The notes: generated by a model from the sequence alone, not told the origin. Counted from the first letter of the stretch, positions 17,748 through 26,957 are shown. The stretch: DNA of 34,837 nt from an uncultured virus (IMG/VR IMGVR_UViG_3300027917_000026) (IMGVR_UViG_3300027917_000026), one strand, 5' to 3'. A program made the numbers and translations.

Positions 17748-18857
17748 ATGGCGAGTAAACGGAAACAGAAAAAGAGGCTGAAAAAACAAGGGGTAGGCAA
17801 TGCATCCGCCACTCAACTTGGAAACCAGCCACGGCAGGAAACGCAAGCCCAGACCGCAATGAGCGAAGCACTAAACAAAGCTAATGCGGCATTGGACGCG
17901 GCGGAAAAGGCAAACATCGAAGCAAAAGCAAAAAAGGCGGCGGTCGAAAAAGCTAAAAAAGAATTGGATGAAGCAAAAGACGCGGCTGAAAAAGCGAAAG
18001 CTGATGCAGTCAAAATGGTTGAAAAGCACGCCGAACAAAAAGAGGCAAAGAAAAAGGAAAAACCGAAAAAGAAGTATATTATCGGATTCGGTTCTAAAAC
18101 CCAATTGACGGATGATCCCGTCAATAAGGGTAAATTCATTTTCCATGCCGTTTCAAATGTAGACAATTCGGCTTTTTGCGATTCGCGCATTGTCAACATT
18201 CCAATTGACAAAAAAATCTCCGCCAAAGACTGTAATTGCAAGGCTTGCCAGAAGTATGTTGCCTTTCGTGACCTTTTGGAATTGGAGCAAAAATCTGAGG
18301 CAAAACCCGATGAGAAATCAAAGGAAAAGCCGGAAGAAAAACCGAAACCAAAAAAGAAACCCGCACCAAAAAAGAAGTCAATAGAAACAGATGTTACAAT
18401 TGACTCCGTTCGACAAATGCTGACGGTGCGAGTGCGCAACATGGAAAAACGTTTATGGGTACAAATCAAAGAATATATAGATGAAGCACTTGACGCCAAA
18501 CCCGCATTCTATATCATTCAAACCATAGGCAATCGATATTCCATAGTGCATGAAAAGTCACGGCTGGCAATCGTTTCGGGAATGACTCAAAAAGATGCCG
18601 ATAATTTACTTCCCAAATTTCTTGAGATTCCGTTCAAGTGGGATGGTCAATCAACAATGCCGCAAGAATGGATGAGGGCTGTTAAGAAGATCACTGAAAA
18701 ATTTACTTTGGATCTGAAAACACCCAAAAGAAAAATTAAACGTAGGAAAGTAAAAACAAAGAAAAGCCCGAAACCAAAATTGACGCGGAATATAAAACGG
18801 CGCAAAATCAAAGAAAAACCTGTCAGAAAAATCAAACGCCGTTCCCGCACTCGATAG
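17748..18857 (+). CDS. Hypothetical protein (Ala/Lys coiled coil, Cys cluster, KIKRR-repeat tail)
   Basis: SD AGGAGG; long ORF. Confidence 0.8.
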   Translation: MASKRKQKKRLKKQGVGNASATQLGNQPRQETQAQTAMSEALNKANAALDAAEKANIEAKAKKAAVEKAKKELDEAKDAAEKAKADAVKMVEKHAEQKEAKKKEKPKKKYIIGFGSKTQLTDDPVNKGKFIFHAVSNVDNSAFCDSRIVNIPIDKKISAKDCNCKACQKYVAFRDLLELEQKSEAKPDEKSKEKPEEKPKPKKKPAPKKKSIETDVTIDSVRQMLTVRVRNMEKRLWVQIKEYIDEALDAKPAFYIIQTIGNRYSIVHEKSRLAIVSGMTQKDADNLLPKFLEIPFKWDGQSTMPQEWMRAVKKITEKFTLDLKTPKRKIKRRKVKTKKSPKPKLTRNIKRRKIKEKPVRKIKRRSRTR

Positions 18858-18958
18858 CAAAATGGTTTAACTTCTGTAAACATGTCAAGACCGCATGTTT
18901 ACAGACGCTTGACTATTTTGTCAGGGCAACAAATAACTTTAATATAGGAGGATTAATT

Positions 18959-19852
18959 ATGGCAAAAGCAAAAGAAGTAAACAAACTGGAAAAGTTAAAT
19001 GAGGGTGTTTGTGTTAATTTCCAATTAGGGTATTGGGGTGCTTCCGCAAAGCTTGACGTGAAAAAGCTTGGCAAAGATGTGCCGAAGAAAATTGTCCGTG
19101 GGATGCAAGATCTCTTGGATGATAAACTTTTGGTCAAAGATATTTATCAGGTATTGCGTCAAGCGAAGTATTTGGTAACTGGCAATTCGTTGCCGTTCCC
19201 GATTGATGCCGTTAACTTCGTGCCCAAATCAAAGATTAAAGAAATTGATGAGGGATTACAGGAATTAGACGAAGAACTTTCGGTCAGGGTTGAAAAACTT
19301 TGTGAAAAGTATGATACCTTGCGGAAACGTTTCAAGAAAAAATATCCTCAATACTACCAACCAAACAAGTATCCATCCAAAGACGCTTTACGCAATCGCT
19401 TTTACATGCGTTGGACTTTTTTCGAGATTGGTCTTCCTGATGCCGCCGCGTCCGTATTGGATCCAGCGGAGTATAAAAGAGTGCAAAATCGCATGTTAGC
19501 AATGGTTGATGAAATGGAAGAAATGACCATGAATTTAGTTGCTAGTCAGGTATTTGAACGGTTGGAGAAATTGCACAAACAGTGCGTGTCCGGCGAAGGT
19601 TTGCATGGGAAAACCGTTGGATCAATCAATCGCTTCCTTGAAAAGTGGCAAGAACTTTGGTCTGGCCATGTAGATGACCAAAAGATGAAAATGGTTATGT
19701 CAAGGTTGCGGAAAGAAATGAAGAAAGTCAGTATTGATCGGCTCAAAGATAATGAGGCTTTCCGCGAAGAGACAAGTTTCAAATTGGCTAACATCATGGA
19801 AAAGATCGAAAATATTCCAAATGTTCAGCTAAAAAGAAAACTTGACATCTAG
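18959..19852 (+). CDS. DUF3150-like protein
   Basis: W.AS.KL, LPFPI....FVP, YPS...LR.RF...W.FF pattern; C-terminal RKLDI. Confidence 0.65.
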   Translation: MAKAKEVNKLEKLNEGVCVNFQLGYWGASAKLDVKKLGKDVPKKIVRGMQDLLDDKLLVKDIYQVLRQAKYLVTGNSLPFPIDAVNFVPKSKIKEIDEGLQELDEELSVRVEKLCEKYDTLRKRFKKKYPQYYQPNKYPSKDALRNRFYMRWTFFEIGLPDAAASVLDPAEYKRVQNRMLAMVDEMEEMTMNLVASQVFERLEKLHKQCVSGEGLHGKTVGSINRFLEKWQELWSGHVDDQKMKMVMSRLRKEMKKVSIDRLKDNEAFREETSFKLANIMEKIENIPNVQLKRKLDI

Positions 19853-19870
19853 TCATTTATAATATATGAT
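19842..19870 (+). promoter_or_regulatory. Sigma70-type promoter with TAGTCAT in the spacer
   Basis: TTGACA-17 nt-TATGAT. Confidence 0.7.
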
Positions 19871-19897
19871 TCAATTTTTCATTTGAAAGGACTAGAA

Positions 19898-20404
19898 ATG
19901 ACAACTTGCAATTATTGTCAACACTTCGCCAATGCCAAGGTAATAAGCCGAAAAAAGAAGACAGATGCACCGTATAAGCGCAAATGTCATGCAAGCAAAA
20001 AACGTATCACTTCTGATTCTGAGGTTTGTAAATATCTACTGCCGAAAGAAATTTTTTATTGTGATATAAACGACAATCGCTTGCATTTACTACAATGCCT
20101 TGCACGCCGCCGCAATTCAAAGAATCTTCCAGATTTCAAGGCGTGTGAAAAGTGTCGGCAATTCGACAAAGATATCCGGCATATTCTTTCAAGGTATTTT
20201 CTTGATGCTGAACAACCCCTTTTACCAAAGGGTTTCAAGGAGGCAATTCCAAAAAATGCGCCAATTGTGGTCAATCCTGGAAGACAAAGGAAAATCAAGC
20301 GGCGGCAATCAAGGCAAATCTTGAAACGGCGAAAACCAAAGGCAAGAGTGATTAAGCGTAGACCTAAACCGAAAACACGCAAAATTAAACGGAGAAAAAG
20401 ATGA
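19898..20404 (+). CDS. Cys-rich protein with KIKRR-repeat tail
   Basis: CNYC..C..C..C..C..CEKC; SD AAGGA. Confidence 0.75.
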   Translation: MTTCNYCQHFANAKVISRKKKTDAPYKRKCHASKKRITSDSEVCKYLLPKEIFYCDINDNRLHLLQCLARRRNSKNLPDFKACEKCRQFDKDIRHILSRYFLDAEQPLLPKGFKEAIPKNAPIVVNPGRQRKIKRRQSRQILKRRKPKARVIKRRPKPKTRKIKRRKR

Positions 20405-20727
20405 TCGAATTCGATGATGACAAACCCACCATTGAAAATAGCTTGATCGATGACGATTTGACTCCAATTGAAAAGGTTATTAGGGATGATAATTTTCATA
20501 ACTTAAGCCATGAAGCAAAAACACTGGCAATGATTATTCTTAATAGTCCACAGGAGATAATCGATGCAATGCCCAAAGGCAAATATCGATCAAATCAAAT
20601 CACAAAAAAGAAATGTCAATTATATCTTCGCAAGAAATTAAAAGATCCGTTTATCCTTACTTTAATCATCGAAAATTTTGTAAAGTCAATCATCGATGAG
20701 TTAACCAATTGGGCAAACGAATTGTGA
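20401..20727 (+). CDS. Hypothetical protein (possible sigma-factor-like C-terminal fold)
   Basis: ATGA overlap; NLSHEAK..A.IIL.SP.E. Confidence 0.55.
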   Translation: MIEFDDDKPTIENSLIDDDLTPIEKVIRDDNFHNLSHEAKTLAMIILNSPQEIIDAMPKGKYRSNQITKKKCQLYLRKKLKDPFILTLIIENFVKSIIDELTNWANEL

Positions 20728-20764
20728 TATAATTAATATAGGGGTGAGGATTTTATAACTTCAC

Positions 20765-20814
20765 GCCGGATGGCGTTGGGCCAGTAATGGTCTAGCGTCA
20801 TCCGGCATTTTTTT
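20765..20814 (+). terminator. Long intrinsic terminator
   Basis: 19-bp stem with G-U pairs, GTAA loop, then A-T7. Confidence 0.8.
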
Positions 20815-20828
20815 GTAGTCAAAAAATT

Positions 20829-22241
20829 ATGAGCAAATATAAAATAGATATATTAGATGAAGTACATTGCAAAGCAAATGCAAAAGCAAGATCTGTCATC
20901 AAATTTGCACTTGGCTACAAAGCCATGCACTGGCGGCGTGGCGAATGGGCAATGGAATCTAATGTAGTTAGACAATTCTTAATCACTGGCCGCAAAGGTA
21001 CAAGCGGTCATTTCCTGACAGGATTACTACCAAGAATTGAAAGGTATTGCGCGAAGCGAATGATCGATCTTGAGATTAATGGTGATAGAGAATTCCTACA
21101 ACCACAAAAAAAGCCGCACTTGCCTGATATTACTTTTCGCAAAGATCAACAAAGGCATTTGCGCAAACTTGCCAATACTCAAAGGGGCAAAATCATTGCA
21201 CCAACAGGTAGTGGAAAAACCATTATTCAATTCGGCCTTGCAAGTATGTTTCCAAATGCCAATATACTACTTTTGGCACATACGACAGACCTTATAAATC
21301 AATTGATAGCTGAATCAGGCCGGTTTCAATTATCATTGCCGCCAATATATTATCCTACAGGCAAAGATGAATGCAAACGTATTATGGAAGCAATTGCGCG
21401 AGACAATAACGGATCATTGATAATCACCACAATTCAAAGCTTCAGCAAAGTACCGCCAGCACTATATTCAACGACTGTAGACATTGCAATGGTCGATGAA
21501 TGCCACCATGTTGCAAACCTTGATGGTCAATACGGAAAATTCTTCCATTACTTGCTTGCACCGCGCCGATATGGTTTTACTGCATCCGATCAGAAAATGG
21601 ATCGGAAAATCAAATTAATAAATGAGGGTCTTCTCGGGCCAGTCATTGCAAAACTTACAGTGCAAGAGGGAATCAAATTGGGCATTATAGCAAAACCAAA
21701 AGTGAAGTTAATTAACGTTCCTTATGATGTTAAGATAAACCAAAGTTGTCATCGATACACGGATTTCTACACCAAGGGTATTGTGCGAAACAAAAAACGC
21801 AATGAATCAATTCGTAAAATTGTTAATATGAATGTAGGCAAAAAAAGGGCAACATTAATTATTGTCGAAAAACTTGAACACGGCAAGATCCTGTCTGACT
21901 TGATTAGCCGAAGATCAAAAGTCAAAGTACATTTTATTAGCGGATCAACAAAACAAAACATAAGACAAAAATTCAAACAACGACTGCTTGACGGAAAAAT
22001 TTTTGCGCTTGTGGTTTCGCGTATTTGGATGGAAGGAATCAATATTCCTAATTTGCGTGCTGTTATATACGCGGCTGGCATGAAAGAACAGAAGAGGACT
22101 ATTCAAGCCATGGGTCGGGGTTTTAGAACCACTAAAACAAAAAAGAAAATACTCCTTTATGATTTTCTCGATCCTTACAAATATTTGTCTTCTCATAGTA
22201 TAGAACGAATGCATGTTTACAATAGGGAAAAATGGTTATGA
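20829..22241 (+). CDS. SF2 DNA helicase (UvsW-like)
   Basis: APTGSGKT, DECHH, GFTAS, EGINIP, QAMGRGFR. Confidence 0.92.
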   Translation: MSKYKIDILDEVHCKANAKARSVIKFALGYKAMHWRRGEWAMESNVVRQFLITGRKGTSGHFLTGLLPRIERYCAKRMIDLEINGDREFLQPQKKPHLPDITFRKDQQRHLRKLANTQRGKIIAPTGSGKTIIQFGLASMFPNANILLLAHTTDLINQLIAESGRFQLSLPPIYYPTGKDECKRIMEAIARDNNGSLIITTIQSFSKVPPALYSTTVDIAMVDECHHVANLDGQYGKFFHYLLAPRRYGFTASDQKMDRKIKLINEGLLGPVIAKLTVQEGIKLGIIAKPKVKLINVPYDVKINQSCHRYTDFYTKGIVRNKKRNESIRKIVNMNVGKKRATLIIVEKLEHGKILSDLISRRSKVKVHFISGSTKQNIRQKFKQRLLDGKIFALVVSRIWMEGINIPNLRAVIYAAGMKEQKRTIQAMGRGFRTTKTKKKILLYDFLDPYKYLSSHSIERMHVYNREKWL

Positions 22242-22426
22242 TATACTTCATCGTATTGGTTATCATATTTTTATTCTGGCCACCGTTCACCATTGCATAT
22301 CTATTACATGACTACCCTGTAGTATCCTATATTATAATGGCATTTGCGGCAATTGGCGAAACATTTTTCCTTAAAGATTTATTTGATGAATTCACAAGAA
22401 AAGACGATGATAATTTTATGATATAA
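22232..22426 (+). CDS. Small two-TM membrane protein
   Basis: Two hydrophobic segments; overlaps the helicase stop. Confidence 0.6.
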   Translation: MVMIYFIVLVIIFLFWPPFTIAYLLHDYPVVSYIIMAFAAIGETFFLKDLFDEFTRKDDDNFMI

Positions 22427-22481
22427 TAAAAATGGGGCTAGGATACATAGGGGGCAATCATAAAACAATAAGGAGTAAATC

Positions 22482-22712
22482 ATGGCGAAAACAAAAAAGA
22501 AAAAGATAACCAAGAAAAAGGCAATTATGAGTAGTAAAGACTTTGTTGAAGCAAAGGTTCAAGATTTCAAGAAAAATGTCGCAAATGAAATGAAGGTATT
22601 CCATCAACAAACAGGCTTTCATATTGTCGATATCCAGATATTCAAAACCACCAACCTTGATACCTTGCGCACCATTAAGCGTAGTGATATAGGTCATATT
22701 GACATTGGATAA
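22482..22712 (+). CDS. Hypothetical protein with basic N-terminus
   Basis: SD AAGGAG. Confidence 0.75.
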   Translation: MAKTKKKKITKKKAIMSSKDFVEAKVQDFKKNVANEMKVFHQQTGFHIVDIQIFKTTNLDTLRTIKRSDIGHIDIG

Positions 22713-22730
22713 CTACAACCCTAGCCGACA

Positions 22731-22764
22731 GTGGGGGTGATTAATTTCACCCCTACTTTTTTTT
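22731..22764 (+). terminator. Intrinsic terminator
   Basis: GTGGGGGTGA/TCACCCCTAC stem + T8. Confidence 0.8.
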
Positions 22765-23682
22765 GTGAAAATGGATATAATAGAATTACTAGATGAATAT
22801 GGCGTAAAGTACTACACTGGCGGAAAAAATGTTTCCGTTGGATGGATTGGCTTGCGATGCCCATTTTGCGGAGATCACAGCAACCATTTGGGAATCCGCA
22901 TGGCTGATTTAAAATGTAGATGTTGGAAATGTGGCCCACATAGTCTTGTCAACGTTTTAGCTGAAGTTGCATCCATAGGCACAAAGCACGCAAGGGATAT
23001 CTCGAAGTCATTGACAAGTGATGAACGCGCAATTCTCGACAAACAACAAGTCGGTAGCAAACCCGGAAAGCTTATTAAATACCCGCCGGAAATAATTGAC
23101 CGTTTACCCAAACCACATAAGCAATATCTACGATCAAGAGGTTTCTTTCCGAACCGTCTGAAAAGAAAATATGAATTAAAAGCTTGTGAAAATATTGGTG
23201 ACTTCAAATTTAGAATCATCATTCCTATATATCAAAACCGTTTACTTGTCAGTTACACGTCAAGAGCAATTGCTACAGATATGCAACCAAAATATAAGAA
23301 TGCAAACACCCACCACGTCTTGATTTCAGCGAAGCAATGCATTTATAATATTGATTCTGTCATACAGGGCAAAGATTGTTTGATATGTGAAGGCCCGATA
23401 GATGTTTGGCGTTTCGGTGAGGGTGCCGTTGCAACTATTGGAATTCAATTCCATCAAAAGCAATTGAGTCTATTGAAGCAAAAACAAATAAGAAATTTAT
23501 TTATCATGCTCGATTCAGAACGTTATGCCCAACGTATTAAAGCGGAGCAAATCGGTCGTTTTATGGCACCATGGGTAAAACACTTCGAATTACTTGAAGC
23601 AAAATGGAAAAAAGATCTAGGTGATTTCAGCCAAAAGGATGCTGAATATTTGCGCAACAAAGTATTGAAATTTAACAAATAA
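22765..23682 (+). CDS. DNA primase (Zn finger + TOPRIM)
   Basis: CPFC.D...H....C.KC, RIIIP, PKY, ICEGPIDV, LD, KDLGD. Confidence 0.88.
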   Translation: MKMDIIELLDEYGVKYYTGGKNVSVGWIGLRCPFCGDHSNHLGIRMADLKCRCWKCGPHSLVNVLAEVASIGTKHARDISKSLTSDERAILDKQQVGSKPGKLIKYPPEIIDRLPKPHKQYLRSRGFFPNRLKRKYELKACENIGDFKFRIIIPIYQNRLLVSYTSRAIATDMQPKYKNANTHHVLISAKQCIYNIDSVIQGKDCLICEGPIDVWRFGEGAVATIGIQFHQKQLSLLKQKQIRNLFIMLDSERYAQRIKAEQIGRFMAPWVKHFELLEAKWKKDLGDFSQKDAEYLRNKVLKFNK

Positions 23683-23729
23683 AAAAATGTTGACATTATT
23701 CAACTAGTCATTTATATATATAACAATTG

Positions 23730-24000
23730 CATCAAGGGGTGTGGCGTAAAACCACTGGTTACGCCACTCGCAAGAAGTAAAAAGGTAACAATTAAACAAC
23801 GGCTAAAACAAGATCGACTTGGGTTGACTACTAACCCTTGTCAAACTGGGGGCCAATCTTAACTTCACAGATCTTTTTGCGTTCAAACCCCTTGCGCAAA
23901 AAAACCTTGTTTTAGCCGTATTTCTTGGTCTGTTGGTTATGTTACCTCCCGCAATTATGCGAAAAGATTGGCACCCATTTTGACAAGGGTTTTTTATTTT
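23730..24000 (+). promoter_or_regulatory. Structured leader with mutually exclusive long helices
   Basis: 23799-23812 pairs with 23906-23919 (14/14); 23833-23860 pairs with 23964-23991 (26/28), followed by a T-run. Confidence 0.65.
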
Positions 24001-24017
24001 CTATCGGAGAAAATACA

Positions 24018-25196
24018 ATGACAAGGCGTATTAGCCGTAGATCGCAAATTGATTGGTTCGATGTTATTGATAACCTGACAAGGATGCAACAACATTACTT
24101 CGCGCAAATCCTTGGTGAATCTAACTTTAAAAAAGAGTGGTTCATATTCCAACCAGACGACCACCGAAATACTGCAAGAAAATATCTTCACCAACTCAAA
24201 AAATTAAAATTAATTAATCGAAAAACAAACGGTCACGGCAATAAAAAATACCTACGTGTGAACCCGCTATTTATAAGGTTTTTTAGTGAGGAGGGTAATG
24301 CACAAAAAGTGGTCAAACGAATATCGATCCGCACAAAAAATGTGCATACTCCAAGAAAAACCGCGAAACGGAGTTATATATATTATATATTAAATACAGT
24401 TATTATATATAATAACTATGTACTTGTAAAATTAAAAAATGGAAATAACATGGTTGCAAAACGCATTGCTAAAAAAAGAGCATTGAAGAAATTGCAAAAT
24501 AAAAAACCTAAAACACGTACCTTGAAAAGACGCATTGATCCTGATATACAAGAAGTGATTGACCATTGGAATTCATATAATTTTCCATTTGCAAAAGTAG
24601 TTAAATCAACCCCATTGATTAAACCGATCAAACAAGCCTTTCGTAATCGCACTGTACCAAAGAAATATCAAGTCGATGAAATAAAAAAGTTGATTGACAA
24701 AGCCCATTCCTACATGACATCACCCCTTTTTAAATTTCATTTTACTACAAAATATAAATTACGCTTGCTTAATTTCTTTGTTGCTGAACCACGAAGCATA
24801 ATGGGCAAATTTTTATTTCAAAACAATATTTCTAGTTGGCGTGAATTATTTCAAAAAAAAGGAGATACATGGATTGAAATCAACCTTTTGAATTTACCAA
24901 AACTACGCAAAACCCTTAATGACATTGAACCAGAGGAAGCACTTAGAGATATGCAAAATATTTTTTCATGGTTTGACGGTGATGACCATGACACAAAAGC
25001 TACAATGATCGTATTGGCTAATAAAGCGATGAAGATGGCAAAAGATCATGCCTTATCATATGAGACGGTTAGAGTCCGTTTACGCGAATATATCAAATAT
25101 GAAGACGTTTCAAAACAGGAATTGCATTGGTATGCTAGTGACCGATTCTGGAATCACACATTGAGACAACACATAAAGCGAGTTTTGGGAATTTAA
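24018..25196 (+). CDS. Putative replication initiator / replisome organizer
   Basis: SD GGAG before ATG 24018; wHTH-like N-terminus; internal AT-rich palindromic tract; lies between primase and DnaB. Confidence 0.55.
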   Translation: MTRRISRRSQIDWFDVIDNLTRMQQHYFAQILGESNFKKEWFIFQPDDHRNTARKYLHQLKKLKLINRKTNGHGNKKYLRVNPLFIRFFSEEGNAQKVVKRISIRTKNVHTPRKTAKRSYIYYILNTVIIYNNYVLVKLKNGNNMVAKRIAKKRALKKLQNKKPKTRTLKRRIDPDIQEVIDHWNSYNFPFAKVVKSTPLIKPIKQAFRNRTVPKKYQVDEIKKLIDKAHSYMTSPLFKFHFTTKYKLRLLNFFVAEPRSIMGKFLFQNNISSWRELFQKKGDTWIEINLLNLPKLRKTLNDIEPEEALRDMQNIFSWFDGDDHDTKATMIVLANKAMKMAKDHALSYETVRVRLREYIKYEDVSKQELHWYASDRFWNHTLRQHIKRVLGI

Positions 25197-25205
25197 GGAG
25201 TTAAA

Positions 25206-26957
25206 ATGCCGAAACGATATCGAGATCTAGTTACTCGTAGATCCTTGCCTGACGCGGAAGATGAGAAGAACATCTTGGCTTTCAGTATTATGAATACAAA
25301 TGTGGCCGAAGCAATTTCACGGTATTATGAGGATGGTCAACTGAAACTTAAATATTTGACTCCTATTTATCGGCGGCAATATAGATCTGTTTTAAAATAC
25401 TTCAAACAATACGGCAAAGCACCACGCCGCGCCATTAAGTTCATCCATGATGGTGAGAAGGCAAAAATAAAAGATCTCGACGAATTGCAACTCGAAGAGG
25501 ATTTGCTAATCGTATTGGCGCAAGAATATCAAGCAAGACGCGAAGGCTATTCTGTTTCACCGCAATATGTCATCACTGAAATGATACCACGATTTCTACG
25601 CGCCCGAAAAGTCAAAGATATCTCCGACAAAATTGATATGCAACTTGAACGCGGCAATGTGCGTGAGGCGGAAGATCTTATATCTGAATATGATGTAATT
25701 ACGGTTGACCCGCCTGATCATACTTTTGGCATGATCGATACATTATCACATGAATACCAATTAGAGTATTACTACAGAAAATTAAAAGAACCATCAAAAG
25801 ATGTTTTTCGATTTGACGGTGCGCTTGACGCATTGATCGGCCCGCTTAAACGGCAATGGCTTGTTTCTCTAAGTGGCACAACGAAGTCAGGTAAAAGCTA
25901 TTTCCTACTTGACCTTGCAATCAGCGCGGCTGTTTATCAAAAAAGAAATGTTATGTATTTTTGCCCAGAAATGAGCGAAGATGATATGAATGATGAAAGG
26001 GTTATTCCATGGGCAACAAACCGCGCCGCCTCAAAAGAATCGGCAGGTGTAGTATATATCCCAGAATTTGATTGCTTAAACAATCAGATGAATAAATGCA
26101 CCGCAAATCAAAGAGTCAAAAGAGGTAGTAAATATAAAACAGTGCCGTTGCGCACTGTCAATAACAATACCCCACTGACAATATTTGACGAAAGAGAAAA
26201 TGTCAAAGAAGAAAATCAATTGTTTGCCGACAGCAAAGCTGTAGAGAATTGGGAACCATGCACCATTTGTCGTAATGACCGCGAACGTTATAACTACGGT
26301 CTATACAAACGTTTTCGACCATCAATTTACTACAAACCACGAACAATAAAAAAGGTTTCTCGAAAAGTACGCAACAGGGCATTCAAAGGTTTGAAACAAA
26401 GGGGTGCCAATGGTCGATTACAAATAAAGTACTTCCCAAAATACCAATTGACCATTGAGGACACTTTTAATATTGCAAAAAAATATTGCGATAAAAATAA
26501 TTGGCCTGTAGATATAATAATCATTGACTATGTTGATGTTCTGAAACCAACTTCGGGAAACAAAGAAATGACGTGGCAAGACTATGATCATATGTGGAAA
26601 TTATCTTCTGGATTTGCACAAGAAATGGATTCACTAGTTATATCAGCCGATCAAACAACAAAGGCCGGAAGAATTATGCGAACCGTTGACCATACTGTTA
26701 CCCCGCAGGCATCAACAAAAGACCATCACTTAGATGCTAAATTTGCCGTGAATAAATTTGAAGAGGAGACGCTAAATAATCTTTGCCGCGTCAATATAAT
26801 ATACCATCGGCACCGACCATTTAACAGAAATTTAGAAGTCATGTTAACTCAAAACCTAACTTGTGCAAGGGCTTTCCTTGACAGTGCCTTTTGGTACAAC
26901 AAAAAAATGACTACGTACCCAATAAAAATGCCCGAAAACTATGGTGTTGATTTATAA
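25206..26957 (+). CDS. DnaB-like replicative helicase with Cys-rich insertion
   Basis: Walker A GTTKSGKS, PEMS, IIIDYVDVL, ADQ motif. Confidence 0.85.
   Translation: MPKRYRDLVTRRSLPDAEDEKNILAFSIMNTNVAEAISRYYEDGQLKLKYLTPIYRRQYRSVLKYFKQYGKAPRRAIKFIHDGEKAKIKDLDELQLEEDLLIVLAQEYQARREGYSVSPQYVITEMIPRFLRARKVKDISDKIDMQLERGNVREAEDLISEYDVITVDPPDHTFGMIDTLSHEYQLEYYYRKLKEPSKDVFRFDGALDALIGPLKRQWLVSLSGTTKSGKSYFLLDLAISAAVYQKRNVMYFCPEMSEDDMNDERVIPWATNRAASKESAGVVYIPEFDCLNNQMNKCTANQRVKRGSKYKTVPLRTVNNNTPLTIFDERENVKEENQLFADSKAVENWEPCTICRNDRERYNYGLYKRFRPSIYYKPRTIKKVSRKVRNRAFKGLKQRGANGRLQIKYFPKYQLTIEDTFNIAKKYCDKNNWPVDIIIIDYVDVLKPTSGNKEMTWQDYDHMWKLSSGFAQEMDSLVISADQTTKAGRIMRTVDHTVTPQASTKDHHLDAKFAVNKFEEETLNNLCRVNIIYHRHRPFNRNLEVMLTQNLTCARAFLDSAFWYNKKMTTYPIKMPENYGVDL

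Larger units (their letters stand above)
9458..18958 (+). repeat. About 14 dispersed intergenic hairpin + AATAACTT...ATAGGAGG leader elements
   Basis: Hairpins start near 9458, 9860, 10204, 10525, 10827, 11529, 12204, 13011, 13699, 14812, 15458, 16121, 17651 and 18858. Each is followed by a conserved SD block and an ATG. Confidence 0.9.

Noticed and set aside
17813..18499. 228-aa minus-strand ORF
   Set aside because: Antisense to a low-complexity Lys/Ala/Glu gene.
9458..18958. Integron attC sites as the identity of the repeated hairpins
   Set aside because: No consistent RYYYAAC/GTTRRRY ends and no integrase in the window. G-U pairing and the SD linkage fit RNA leaders better.
26060..26400. 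Intein in DnaB
   Set aside because: No His-Asn/Cys-Ser-Thr C-terminal junction and no LAGLIDADG blocks.
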